The notes below the pieces were generated by a model, which was given only the letters and a program-made list of their open reading frames with translations, ran no database searches and was not told the origin of the DNA. Below are positions 1 through 13,819 of a stretch of 64,000 nt of DNA, piece after piece. The translations under genes were made by a program, and so were the position numbers. The DNA comes from Ruditapes philippinarum. Taxonomy: Eukaryota. The DNA lies in assembly GCF_026571515.1 (NCBI RefSeq), contig NW_026851606.1, positions 1 to 64,000 of the forward strand, given 5' to 3'. Position 1 is the first letter of the stretch. Each line of letters starts with the position of its first letter.

Positions 1-186
1 TGGACAGAGTTATGCACAGGCAAATTGTATATTAAATCATTTTCAGTGCATTATAACTATCAAAAAATCATCAATTTAAACACAATTTTGCCTAATGGTA
101 TAAATTGTTCATCCTTTTAAGACTTTGAAGATGGCATATATTTTTTTCAGATGAATGCTTTTAAAAGAAACTTTTTTCATTTACAG

Positions 187-3100
187 GTGTTTAGTGCATC
201 CAATGTAGAACTAGTCACAAAAACTCGCATGGAACATTTAACAGAACAAGACAAGGAAAAATGTAAAAAGAACAATAAAACACCAATAGAATCATTCCTA
301 GGAGTAGCAGAGGAACATAGTAAAACACAAGGGGCCTCAAATGGGGTAAGTATTTGAGATTTAAACACAAAGGGCCTCTAATGTTTCTAAACACATGGGG
401 TCTCAAATTTGGTAGGTATTTGAGATTTAAACTCATGGGGTCTCAAATTAGATAGGTATTTGAGATTTAAACTAATGGGGTCTGAAATGGGTAGGTATTT
501 GAGATTTATACACCAGGCCTCAAATGAGTTATATATTTATGAAATTAAACACCTGAGGCCCCAAATGGGGTCAGTATTTGTGATTTATACACATATGGCC
601 TCAAATTTTATAGGTATTTGAGATTTAACTCATGGGGTCTCAAATGGGGAAGGTTTTTGAGATTTTAACACATGAGGCCTCAAGTGGGATAAATATTTAA
701 GAGTTAAAGACCTGGGGTCTCAAATGGGGAAGGTACTTGAAATTTTAACACCAAATGCCTCAAATGGGGTAGGTATTTGAGATTTGTACAAATGATGCCT
801 CAAATGAAGTATGCATTTCTTATCTCAAAACTTAAGTGTTACATTTACTATTATTCATAGTCTATATCAAAACATCTCAAAGCTTTGAGTGTGACATTTA
901 CTTACATAAACGTGACATTTGGAGGTATATAACCCTTTTCAATTCATAGACTTTCTTATTAAGCCAGATAAATATAGGCATTCTGACTTGACATTCTATT
1001 TTTTCAATGTTGTCTGTTTGATACGAAGTGCACTGAATACTTTTTATTTTTGTTTACAGGACCTCACAACAATGTCAAACAACCCGTGCTCTATTACGCC
1101 AGAGGAATATTTCAATAAAATGATAGATCTTGGCGAGCGTGATGTAGGCCGGCCATCGGATTTGACAACAAAAACTCAAAAATTTAAAGCCACTTTATGG
1201 CTTTGTGAAACATACCCCCTTTCCTTACAGGAACAAGTGGTGCCTATTATAGACTTAATGGCCGCAAGTAATGCACATTTTAAAAAGTTGAAGGATTTTA
1301 TTACGTTGCAGCTACCTGCAGGATTTCCAATCAAAATTGGTGAGAAGTTTATTTAAATTTCAAGATTTATTTTCTTTCAAAGTGATTCATTTTATTTTAA
1401 AGTTTATAAAGCTATATATATCGACTGTTAAAATTATGATTTGAATTTTGAAAAAAAGAATACTAGCAAAATGAAAGAAATATGTTTGTATATTTAATTT
1501 TACCCATGAAATATGGTGCTATATCAGTCAAATATATTTCATATTTTTTAAAAATAAATATCAAATATAAATATGAAAGTGGGCGGAGTCAAAACTCATA
1601 TTTATTTTTCAGGGAACTTCTTTCGCCCATTTTGTTGGAAAAAATCTGAAAATACAAAACAACTTTTGTTGAATTTTTGTTTTGAAAACTATCTAGAATG
1701 ATAGAAAATGGTCTAACTAAGAAAATAAATCCGAACACCAATATCTTTTAATTCAGTTATTAATGCTGTACAGACGTTTAAGAGTTGTTTACGTGACGTC
1801 ACAAAATATAGCGCCAAATATCGCGTGCAAAACAAGACGCATTAACATATTACTGCGCGCTGTACAATTGCAGTTGCGTAGCAAGCAATGGGGTGTATTA
1901 CCATTGTTCTTTGATAATGAAATTAAATAAAAAGGTTATTTTTTCGTTTTTCGTGAAATATGGTATATATTTTCACTCAACATGATAAAATGCCACATAT
2001 TTTCACTCGCCGTCCCGGCTCGTGAAAATATGTGGCATTTTATCATGTTTCGTGAAAATATATTCCATATTTCACTCAAACGAAAAAATATCCTCTTAAT
2101 ATTTCTGTGCATGCACAAAACCATTAATAAATGATTTAAATTAAACTCTACTTAAAAGAGCAGCATAAATATATTCTGGATCATTTTATTCTGTTTATAT
2201 ACAATATTCATGAGTGGTAAATATTGATTTCCTTAATATAAACATATTTCATTACATATAGCTTTATACCCTTTAAAGCTATCACAGACAAATTTATATT
2301 TATTTCATGTTACTTAGTTTTCAAGCTATCTCATACATTATTCAGAAAGTACAATATTATTTGATTTTTTGGATCAAATTCGAGATTCATAATAATGATT
2401 GAAACTACACTTATAATGTTATCTAATAATTAAAATGTTGTGTTTTTAGAAATTCCATTATTCCATGTATTAACGGCAAAGATCACATTTGGTAACATAT
2501 TTGCACGAGACACTCCCGTCGATGGCGTGTCTATGTTAGAGGATGCAGGCTTTACAAGTTGTACTGTAGAAGATAATTGTTTTGAACCGCCTCCCGGCTA
2601 CATGAAGTTAGGTAAGTGACCTTTATAAACTGAGAAATTATATATAATATACTTATCAGTGCTGTGTTCCTTTTTACTTGGATCTTTATATACAAATTTA
2701 TCACACTTTTCCTTATTTACTTGGTTCCTTTAAACAGATCAGTCCCAACAGCATAACATACTTAATTTTTCTCAGAATTTAGTCCATAATTTGGCAGTTT
2801 TTGACTGACTTTTTTCAAAATTTACCTTATTTCAAAACTCTGCTTTTATTTAGGATGGAAAAAAATTTACATATAATATTTGCTTTGTGGCCAAATGTTT
2901 GTCACTTCTGGGATGTTGAATTCTGAATACATATGAGACCAGGGCTGGCAAAATCAAATGTCTGTATTGCCAAGGTTGTTCCACAGCCTGTATAGACAAG
3001 TGAAATTTTGATAGAATGTTCTTTATAAATATCATAGAGACAAATAAAGAAATGCTTTAGATAAAAGGTTAAGTAATTAAAAATCAGATTTTGCCCGACC

Positions 3101-5776
3101 TGGTGAGAAAGCTATCTTGATAATTTACTAAAGGTAGTTTATCTACCCAGAGAACAATTCCCTGGATTAAAACATGTAGAGGCTTAGCAAGGTTTCCTTC
3201 GATGGGTAAACCACAAAACTTTCTCTGTGATTTGACCATTCCATATATTACTTGAATCAGTTGGAAGTGTTACTGTATATATAATTATCATTGACTGTAT
3301 TTTTTCTGAAAATGAGTATGTTTAAACTAATGGTCAACCTGTTGATGTTTCAGCTGGAAAAATCTTATCTTTTTGTTGCGATATTATAATTGATAAAACA
3401 ATTACAAATGTGTATAATTTGACAAAGAAAAAACTTTTTTATTTGTTCATATTCAGTTGTAGTGATAAGATGAGATAAGAAGACATGTTTTACATTATGT
3501 TACTATTTCTGTTTATACATGTAGATGATATAACTATTTATAGATTTTATGATAATTTTATTGATGATAAATTTTAGCTCTTCTGCTTTTCTTCATAGAT
3601 AATGTTACTATTTATTGAAAATACTTCTAATGGACACTTATTGGATTTCTTTAAATACAACCTGTGACAACTGTGTCAAAGAATCAAGTCTTTGGCACAG
3701 TGGTCTGAAGGCTTGTGATTAATTACCTGTAAACCAGTGGAGAAATGAATATTTGAATCCCACTAAGGTTGTGACTTTTCCAGGTGCATTTGCATCTTTC
3801 TGTTACCAATTTGAAATGTTTCTTAGGCTACACGCATACAAATGTAGATAATATTACTATTTATAGATATTGTTACTATTTTTAGAATGATAATGTTACT
3901 GTATGTAGATAATGTTACAATTCATAGATGTTACTATTTATAGATATTGTTACTATTTTTAGAATGATAATGTTATTATTCATAGATAATGTCACTATAC
4001 ATAGATAATGTTACTTTTCATAGATAATGTTACTATTTATAGATAATGTTTCTATTTTTAGAATGATAATGTTACTATTTATAGATAATGTAACTATTTT
4101 TAGGTGATGCCCATCATGAAAGATTACGTGATGAGGATGATGAATTACTACAGTTTGCCATACAACAAAGTTTAATGGAAGCAGGGACAGAAGATGAACA
4201 GGTTAATGTAAACACACTATTTACTTTGTTTTGACTTTGAGAAAATTGTTATTCATTCACCAGATCTCTCAATTTATTTTCATAATTTATGACAATTTTC
4301 CATAAAAACTGAGGTGCAGTACTATTTTTTTTTTCATTAAAAAAATGTTCCCATCTTATAAGAGGGTCTTAGCAAAAGTGCCATTTTAGAGACAAAATTA
4401 GGACCCGCGTCTTATAAGTGGTCCGTCTTAAAGAAGAACAAATATGGTAGATACTAGATAGAGAATTCTGTTTCAGTATTAACTTATTTATTTTGCATTC
4501 TGTTACAAGTACTATTGTATTTTTGATTCCAGTACTGTTATATATTCTCCAGATACTGTTACAGTACAGTACAGTTCAGTACATTCATTTTTCCCTGGAT
4601 TTGTACAATTATTAACATACTTTTCTTTGATTCTTTACCAGTACAAATATATATTTTTTATTCTTATCCAGTACTGATATTTCTTTTCTGGATTCTTTAT
4701 CGGTACTGACCTACTTTGAGTGGATTCTATTCCAGTTCTGATAATTTATTTCGCTGGATTTTTATATAAATACTGACCAAGTTTTCTGAATTTTACACCA
4801 GAATCAACTATTTGATCCTCAATTCTGTACTAGTTCTGACCTATGAATGTCCGGACATGTTTATGTTTTAATAGGCAGTGACTATTTAACTTAAACTTTT
4901 ATTTCAGTTGACTTTTTATGAAGCCTTACAAAAATCTCGGCCAAAACGTGGGAGAGCACAGCAAGAAGAGAGGATGTTGCAACAGTAAGTTTTTCAAATA
5001 AAATAAATATACCTATACAGTATGATAAAAAAAAATGAAATAGTCACAATATTTATATAAGAAAGATAATAGGTATTTATATGGATATGTTTGACTCAAA
5101 GCTACGCATTACTCATCTACCTTTGAAGTAAAGGTGTGGCCATGGCCAAATGGTTATGTTCTTTGACATCAGACCACTAGCCTCTTAATGCTGTGGGTTC
5201 AGATCCAGTCCGGTAGCTTATGGAATGTTGGTGGTTCTACTTATGGAACGTCGATGGTTTAACTTGTGAGCCTGGTTGTGTCTGAAATAATTCACTGAAG
5301 AGTACCGGAGATTTATCACCAGTGTTTGAGAGGGGAAAAAAAGTCAATAAAAAAAGTACACAAAAATTATGAACCAAACCTGTCCTACAATTGCAGTGAC
5401 TTGTTAGATGGATAAAACGGTATACTTTGTAAATGGTATACCGTTTAAATGTATTCCATGTATACTATTACACTCATACATATGATCAGTTTGTGTTGTT
5501 TTAAACCATCGTCAGTATTATTCATCATTCATGTACTGTTTCAGAGCCATAGCAGAAAGTATTGCCTTACAGTCAGGTAGACCTATTGTATCGGAACCTA
5601 TCCCAGAATACTCCGAAAGAGAGGAACGGAATGATACCGGACCTAATGATATAGATGAACAATTGCGTATCGCCCTTTTAGTGTCTCAACAGGAAACACA
5701 GGAAGCCGAGCGCCTGCGTCGTCAAGAGGAGGAAGAACTCGAGAGAATTCTACAACTGTCGTTGGAAGATAAATAA
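187..5776 (+). CDS. ANKRD13: Ankyrin repeat domain-containing protein 13 (ANKRD13A/B/D-like, UIM-containing); 3' six coding exons, 5' part lies upstream of the window
   Basis: Exons 187-345, 1060-1339, 2450-2611, 4104-4201, 4908-4984, 5545-5776 all have AG/GT boundaries and consistent phases (0,1,1,0,2). The spliced protein contains [46 protein letters not shown]...[25 protein letters not shown] (ANKRD13 C-terminal domain) and UIM motifs ([42 protein letters not shown]). Confidence 0.93.
322..815 (+). repeat. ~40-bp degenerate minisatellite (~13 copies) spanning an ANKRD13 exon/intron junction
   Basis: The unit AAACACAAGGGGCCTCAAATGGG|GTAAGTATTTGAGATTT starts inside the exon and is reiterated with variation into the intron. 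Confidence 0.85.
1930..2098. mobile_element. ~170-bp long imperfect palindrome, non-autonomous DNA element end or MITE; related copies at ~23017-23180 and ~33195-33310
   Basis: Arms ...CATGATAAAATGCCACATATTTTCAC / GTGAAAATATGTGGCATTTTATCATG... are mutually complementary around a GC-rich centre. The copies share a similar centre (GAGTGGCATAGCCAC, GAGTGGCGGTAGCCATGAG). Confidence 0.6.
3500..4103 (+). repeat. 19-23-bp minisatellite (GATAATGTTACTATTTATA(G)) ending exactly at an ANKRD13 acceptor
   Basis: Dense array at 3845-4103 with degenerate copies from ~3500. The last unit GATAATGTAACTATTTTTAG supplies the functional AG at 4102-4103. Confidence 0.8.
5136..5330 (+). mobile_element. tRNA-derived SINE, family A, degenerate
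   Basis: A-box-like TGGCCAAATGG and B-box-like GGGTTCAGATCC; body resembles the copies at 31757 and 36660. Confidence 0.6.
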
Positions 5777-8237
5777 CGATGTTGCTTATTCGAAATGTGC
5801 TGAACTCTTCAAATGTGCAGTTTTAAAAGAGATAGTCCATCCATAAATTTTGTGCTTTAATTTGGATGACTTGAAGCCAGTGGTTATAAGTAGGACAAGT
5901 GTTATTTATCAGTTTATTTCTAAAGTGCTTTTGATATTTAATAATTTAAGTGTATTGAAGTTGTTATTGAGAAAAGAAAATTTTTGTGGATCAGCAATAC
6001 TGTGGATTTTCATGTATTTTTTCTACCCACACCCACAGTTCCACGCCTTGCATTCTTTTGATATACAATTGACAGATTTATAGTTTTGGGTTTATTTTTA
6101 ATATTTCGTATGTATGGTAAGCTACATGTATTGATAGATTAGTAACGTTTAAGATATGAAAACCTTGTACTCTATGTTTTTATCCCTTAAACTGCTGCAC
6201 CAACAGTAAGTAGACTTTGCCATCAGTATTATAAGTGTAAACCCAGACCCATCTGTATGTCCGTTCTGTCCAGTTTTTGTATTTTGATAATAAAATACCT
6301 TAAACTGTAAATGGACTGTTCCAAATTCAAAGCAGGGCAAATCCATTACAAAAATCCAGCAGGTTAAATGGGCTGTTATATTTTATCTTCACAATTACGC
6401 TGAAAGGTTATAATTGCTTTAACCATTATTTGGTCATTTTCTTGTCAGCAGTTTATTTATCAGAAAGTTGTATGTTGCACAAAAATATTTTAATATATCA
6501 ATGTTTCCATTAGTCAGCTTTTGCTTGAAAAAAAAATTTGCTGATCAAAATTATTTGACATTTTAACTCATTTGAGCATAAAAGACTCCAGATGAGCTCT
6601 TGTGTTTGCCCAGTGTTGATCATGCATCATTGATTTTTACTTTGAAAGATGATGAATGCGGCTATGTATGTTTCATTGATAAAAGTTGTCCACAGACATA
6701 TATTCCTTCCTGAATGAACTCTAATGGCATTTCAACCAAAAAAGAAAAACTTTCTGTTTAAAAAAAAAATATGCTAACACCTTAAATATTAGTAATAGCC
6801 TTTAATTAGATTGACACATTTGTCTGAATTTATAAGCTATGGTCCTCAAATTTTAACTTTTAATTCAATTCTGATGACATCATAACTCTATGTCATACTT
6901 TGCCAACTGTAATTTTTAAATTTGGACCACAGATAGGCTTATGTAAGTGAAATCAAAGTCTGCCCTTGTATGACACTGAATGTGACCTATTAACCTGTAA
7001 CCCAGTGACCTACTTCTTTATCATAGAATTTATGACCTTATTCAGTATAGGTTCTTAGTTGAGCGATTTAGGGCTTTCAAGGCTCTCTTATTGGTGTTGT
7101 AAATGCAAAATCTACATCATGTTTAACTTGCATTTTTTTATGCTAAACATGTACAGGATGATTTTTGCAAAAAAGTCATGCGACATACTTTTTGTAATCA
7201 GAATTGTTCATACAGTTTATATCCCTTAACATTGATAATTAAAATCTGTTGGTTTGTAGTACCAGCTTATGCCATGCAATCGCACATTGTTGCCATCAAA
7301 ACATAAGCATAATTTTGATCCATTAAATAAACTATTTGGTACACTTGAGTATTGAAAGATTGTAATGCAAAACAAAAGGTTTATGGTGAAGGAGTTATTT
7401 ATGTTTTAATTCCCCTTTGTAACCACTTCAATATCTAAGATAATTTGTTGTTGTTGTTGTTAAAATCAAATAAATATTGAATTTTTACCTTTATTTTATC
7501 TGTGATTGAAATATGAACTAAAATCCGGTTGGTAGAAATAAATCACTATCAATAAGTTTCTATGAATTTTATTTGTTTCCTCCTTCAAACTTCGCCCTTT
7601 TTTCAAATAACAGATCAAACATAGCATATACATGTATGTTCATATTATAGAGTTTTTCCAAACTTTCGGTCTACAGACAGCAACAGATTCTACCCATGTG
7701 ACCAGTGCCTGTAAATCGATGTTGCCTGATCATGGTCTGTGTTTGTTCGCTACTCAGTACCTATTTAAAAATTTTCCCTAATAACTATGAATGGTTTAGT
7801 TCATATTGAAAGATGGGCAAGTTCATTTGACATGGTAAGGGTTAAGTATAATGTCAGATTATTTTTTCATTTTTTTTTTCAAGTTATTGTCCGATGAGTG
7901 ATTTGTCAAGTGCATGCACCATGAGTAAGAAGCCCATAGAAATAATGTAACATGCTTTGTGGTATACATTCAAACCTGTGCTAAAAATGGAGAAAAGAAA
8001 AAGTTGAAGGCTGTCCGAGTATTTGTAAAGATGTACATGTATTTAGTTTGGTCAAAGACATGTTTAAATTTTGTATATATTTATATTACTCAAGTTATTA
8101 TCAGCATAAACAGGGTGGGTAAGTGGGATAACGTGTAGAGGGGAATAAAGCTTCAAGTGAAATATAAATGTGCAAGTTTTTTTTTCAATTATTTTCTCAT
8201 AGAAGCTACATTTATTAACCTTCATTTAAACATTTAA

Positions 8238-8592
8238 AGGGACTCCACTGAAGTTTAAAAGCCTAAAATCATAACTTTTGTATTTATTACGTAAATGAGC
8301 TGGGGTACTTTAAACAGAAATATATGCAAAGATAGTTAAGAAATATACTTTGAAATAAATTGAAAATCGTATTTTTATGCTTTTCTTAGCCCAATTTGAG
8401 TGAAAAACGTTTAAACGCTTTTCATTTTGGGTCATTTTTTACAATTTGAATAATTATTCTTGAATAACGAAGTGCGCGAATGATCTGAAATTGTGGACAA
8501 GGATAAGTGGTCTTAACCTACATCAAATGGTACATTTATCTTGAAAAAATATTTTAAGTCCAATCATGTCAAAAAAACTCGGTGGAGTCCCT
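8238..8592. mobile_element. MITE with TTAA target-site duplication (Kolobok-like non-autonomous DNA transposon)
   Basis: TTAA|AGGGACTCCAC ... GTGGAGTCCCT|TTAA: 11-bp perfect TIR beginning AG, with TTAA at 8234-8237 and 8593-8596. Confidence 0.8.
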
Positions 8593-10348
8593 TTAATATG
8601 TTCATATCTGACAGGGACCTCTACTTCTTTTCATTTTTGGGGTGATTGGAGTCAAGGTCAACAGACCTAAAAAATAGTTGGGGGGTAGGTTGTAGGGATA
8701 TTTTTTTTTGGTCATAGAGATTTGCTCACTCTTGTAGCTTTCACTCGGGTAATTAATTAAAGGTCTTTTATTGACTGACCTTTTGTTTATTATTTTGTAA
8801 CTACATGAATATAATTTTTTTTATGTATCAATGTGCCATCTGAAAATATAAAAAGAAAAAATAATGTACAGATTTTTCTTGATAAATGCCATCTCCTTTT
8901 ACAAGATTTAGTCAACTATTTATCATTTGTGAGGTAGTGTAGGGATAAAGTTACTAACTTAACATATTATTCTAGTCGAGTCTGAATTTATAAAACTGTT
9001 TTAAAAATAAAAGAGAAAGTTACTGTATGTATGTGCTAAAAATGACCTTTTATCATGTACAACATTTGTTTTGTTTGCTTTTTAACAAACTAACTTTGAA
9101 TAAAGACCAAACTTCTGAATGTTCTTACAATTTATCTTGAAATGTTTAGTACATGTACACATGTATACTGATGAATAGTTTGTTTGGTAACAAATTATAA
9201 ACAAGAAGGGGCAATCTATATACCCTCTGGTCTAGTGGCTTAATGTTATACATGTATATAGTTGACTTTAGGTCAAATTAATGAATTGTGCTACAACTGG
9301 TGATAACTTTGTTCCATGTAGTTAGGTCACAGTGTTTTTATGTTATGTTAAAGACAATCCATTCAAAAATAAAAAAAAGTTATAGCTAGTGATAGAAATC
9401 AGATGAAATTTGTCCCAATCGATCATCGGTTCAATCTGATGGGACATAATCGATAACTTTTTAAATAAAGTCGCGTTAAAAAGAAATAGGGACCTAACAT
9501 TTCTTTCCAAGGCACTTAATTATGTCCAGTAACATGAGCTTCATTTAGCACTTTTCAAAACAGTTTTAACCTTGTATAGTCATGATTTTACGAAATACAT
9601 TTTATTTTTCAATGGATGTCAAATAATAACATTCACATCACATTATATTAACGTAACTATTGTTTACATCACATATTGATCCTGTTCAACTCCAAATTGT
9701 CTCCGAGATGATTTTTTGAGGGTGATTATTGTCGCTTTACATAACAGTAACTGATTATCAGCTACTTGTGACAATCGGAACATCACTAGTTATAGCCACT
9801 AACAGCACAAATTAAGCAAAATTTAGACATTCAACCTTGAAGGTCAAGGTCATTTATGAATGAAGGTCAAGTTTAGTCTGGTCCACTTACAGGTCTTGTC
9901 TCAAGGGTTGTTGTGGCTAAGTTTGAAGACAATACACCAACAACTTAATATGATCATGGTACAAGTTTTTGGCCGACATGACTGTAACAATACCTGTATT
10001 TTTTTATAGTTGAGCTAAAAATCAATGCATACGATGATTATGAAAAACTTTCAGTCACAAATTAGACATATCTGAGATACTGAGAAAAAACAATTAATAA
10101 GTAAGATTGGAGAGATTATTATTTTTTCATCATTTCTCCTTGGATATCACAATTTCCCTGAGAATGGGCCATTAAATACAACCAAATTTCATTTTGTTTT
10201 TAATGGACTATTATATTTTATTACATTGTGTTACAGTCTTATACTTTTGACAATATAAATTTATCACATACCTGTGCCGATTTTGCGGCTTCGTAAATAT
10301 TGTATTGCACAGTGGTGCATAAATTTTGATGTGACGTCATTTGCGTTA

Positions 10349-11154
10349 CTGTAACCCAAATTCGCGAAAACAAATTTTCGCGTTTTGCCGAGGTCGGACA
10401 TATTCGCGAATATTAATTTCCGCAAAAAAAAAATTTGCGGATTGGAAAGTCCGATGGGGCCGTAAAATCCATTAGCCGACTATTAATCTTCAATAATTGA
10501 GGTCATTTTTGGTGTCTTAAATGGGATTAACATTACGCTAGCCTTATATATTGTATTGGTAAGTGAATTGTGATCACAATTCAGCAAAACATTTTCTCTG
10601 TATATGTACATGTACGCATTGTTCGTCTTCATTTCTAAACATGTCGTTAAAAGGGTGGTTGATAAAAAATAAACCCTCAGAATGCAGGGATGTTTCAGCA
10701 TCGCTTTTGCCTGATCATGATCTGGAAAGCACACCAGAAAAGAAAAAAAATGATTAAAGCGGCAAACAAAGCTGTATTTAAAATTGTATCACCAAAGAGT
10801 GGTGTAAAGCGTAAACGTGGAAGTTACGGACATTATGATTTTGATTGCTATATGGACATAGAGTTCTTTTGATATTTATAAAATAGTAGTACATTTGTAG
10901 TTTACTTAGTTTGTGTTTTTATTGCTTTATATATGGCAATATTCATAACAATTCATTACTTCCTAACATGTGCCCGTAAAATTCGAATATATCCGGTCAA
11001 GGAGCTTTGCATGAACAACGTCTAAAATAAATATTTCTCTCCAATTTATTCGCGAAATCGAGTGGACTTATTCGCGCAAACAAATATTCACGCTTCGTGG
11101 CCATCCGCGAATAAAGCAAATATTAATTGGTCGCGAATATTCGTTGGGTTACAG
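10349..11154 (+). mobile_element. Internally deleted Tc1/mariner-pogo-type DNA transposon
   Basis: TA|CTGTAACCCAA ... TTGGGTTACAG|TA (TA TSD), subterminal TTCGCGAA repeats, and an internal remnant KAANKAVFKIVSPKSGVKRKRGSYGHYD resembling a transposase N-terminus. Confidence 0.7.
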
Positions 11155-11534
11155 TATATAAACATAGCGTTAAGACGCGAAAAATGTTGGCCTTACACTT
11201 TAGGCGCATTAATGAAAAATGTTTTCTTTACATTAACTGTCTTAAATTTTTGGTATATGATAAATAGAATATTAAATTCATGTAAGTTCATCACTGAGTT
11301 TATTGAGTTCATTGAATAAAATAGTATTATGCTCGCCAGAGCATGAGAGGCTCACATGAAATAATTTCATTCAACTTGTTCAAAGAAATTCAGTATCAAA
11401 GTTACACTCATTCAATATCCTCTATTTGTATAATTATACAAAACCAAAAAGTCATTGAAAAAAGTAAATATGTAAAACAACTAGCATGATGGCAATCCTG
11501 TCATTTGTAGACAAATTCTAAAAATGTTTTTGTC

Positions 11535-13320
11535 ACACTTAAATGATTGCTGATTTCTTTTATCTCCACACTGAAATGATGACTGATATTTACTCTTTCC
11601 TTCTTACTGAAATTATTGCTGATATTTGCTATTACCTAAACACTGAAATGATTGCTGATATTTACTTTCTCCTTCTGACTGAAATGATTGCTGATATTTG
11701 CTATTACCTTAACACTGAAATGATTGCTGATATTTACTTTCTCCTTCTCACTAAAATGATTGCTGATATTTGCTATTAATTTAACACTGAAATGATGGCT
11801 GATATTTACTTTCTCCTTCTTACTGAAATGATTGCTGATATTTGCTATTACATTAACACTGAAATGATTGCTGATATTTGCTTTCTCCTTCTCACTGAAA
11901 TGATTGCTGATATTTGATTTCTCCTTAACACTGAAATGATTGCTGATTTTTACCTTCTCCTTCTCACTGAAATGATTGCTGATATTTACCTTCTCACTGA
12001 AATGATTGCTGATATTTACTTTTTCCTTATCACTGAAATGATTGCTGATATTTGCTTTCTCCTTCTTACTGAAATGATTGCTGATATTTCCTTTCTCCTT
12101 CTCACTGAAATGAATGCTGATATTTACTTTTATCTTAACACCGAAATGATTGCTGATATTTGATTTCTCCTTCTAACTGAAATGATTGCTGATATTTGCC
12201 TTCTCCTTCTTACTGAAATGATTGCTGATATTTACCTTCTCACTGAAATGATTGCTGATATTTACTTTCTCCTTCTCACTGAAATGATTGCTGATATTTG
12301 CTTTCTCCTTCTCACTGAAATGATTGCTGATATTTGCTTTCACCTTAACACTGAAATGATTGCTGATATTTACTTTCTCCTTATCACTGAAATGATGACT
12401 GATATTTGCTTTCTCCTTCTCACTGAAATGATTGCTGATATTTACTTTTTCCTTATCACTGAAATGATTGCTGATATTTACTTTCTCCTTCTAACTGAAA
12501 TGATGACTGATATTTACTTTCACCTTAACACTGAAATGATTGCTGATATTTGCTTTCACCTTAACACTGAAATGATTGCTGATATTTGCTTTCTCCTTCT
12601 CACTGAAATGATTGCTGATATTTACTTTCACCTTAACACTGAAATGATTGCTGATATTTGCTTTCTCCTTCTCACTGAAATGATTGCTGATATTTGCTTT
12701 CTCCTTCTCACTGAAATGATTGCTGATATTTGCTTTCTCCTTCTCACTGAAATGATTGCTGATATTTCCTTTTACCTTAACACTGAAATGATTGCTGATA
12801 TTTACTTTCTCCTTCTCACTGAAATGATTGCTGATATTTGCTTTCTCCTTCTCACTGAAATGATTGCTGATATTTGCTTTCACCTTAACACTGAAATGAT
12901 TGCTGATATTTTTTTTCTCCTTCTCACTGAAATGATTGCTGATATTTGCTTTCTCCTTCTCACTGAAATGATTGCTGATATTTACTTTTTCCTTATCACT
13001 GAAATGATTGCTGATATTTACTTTCTCCTTCTAACTGAAATGATGACTGATATTTACTTTCACCTTAACACTGAAATGATTGCTGATATTTACTTTCTCC
13101 TTCTAACTGAAATGATTGCTGATGTTTTCTTTCCCTTTCTCACTGAAATGATTGCTGATATTTGCTTTCTCCTTTATGCTAAAATGATTGCTGATAATTT
13201 GCTTTAATGATGGGTGATATTTTTTATCTCCTTCTCACTGAAATGATTGCTGATATTTTCTCTCTCTTTCTCAATTAAATGATTGCTGATATTACTCTCT
13301 TCTTCACACTGAAATGATGA
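11535..13320. repeat. 36-bp minisatellite (~49 copies), consensus CTGAAATGATTGCTGATATTT(A/G)CTTTCTCCTTCTCA
   Basis: Direct head-to-tail units with no spacers; source of the spurious MIADI... ORFs. Confidence 0.95.
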
Positions 13321-13819
13321 CAGATACATTTTGAAATGATAGCTCAAAGTGTATAAAGCTATATATCTGATGCAAAAATTATTGTTTGGATTTAAAAAAA
13401 AGAATACTTCCAAAATGCTTGTGTGCAATTAATTGCCTTAAAGCGAGTGATGCATGCACAAAGTCATTGCTAATTGGATAAAACCCTACATAAAATAGCC
13501 AAATAATATTTTGTTACGGAACATTTTATTCTGTTTACGTATATTATTCATGTGTGTTAAATAACAGAGACATTCTATGTTACAACTTTTTCGGCAATCA
13601 ACCATATAATAATGGAACCTAGCCAATATAATTTTACTGTTGATAATTTATTTAGAAAATATTACATAAGATATCGATTTATACCCTTTAATAATTGCTT
13701 CTTACTGAAATAACAGCTGATGCATTTTATTAGCTTCTAACTAGAATGATGGCTGACTATGATCCATTCTTGCATGCAATATAGCCTCTTATTGTTTACT
13801 TGTTTCATTTTAAGTTAAA

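Noticed and set aside
11543-13207. Long ORFs (up to 341 aa, MIADI... repeats) and CRISPR-like 36-bp periodicity
   Set aside because: Pure head-to-tail 36-bp units with no unique spacers, no cas genes and a eukaryotic context. The ORFs arise because the unit is a stop-free multiple of 3, and the frame is broken in several places.
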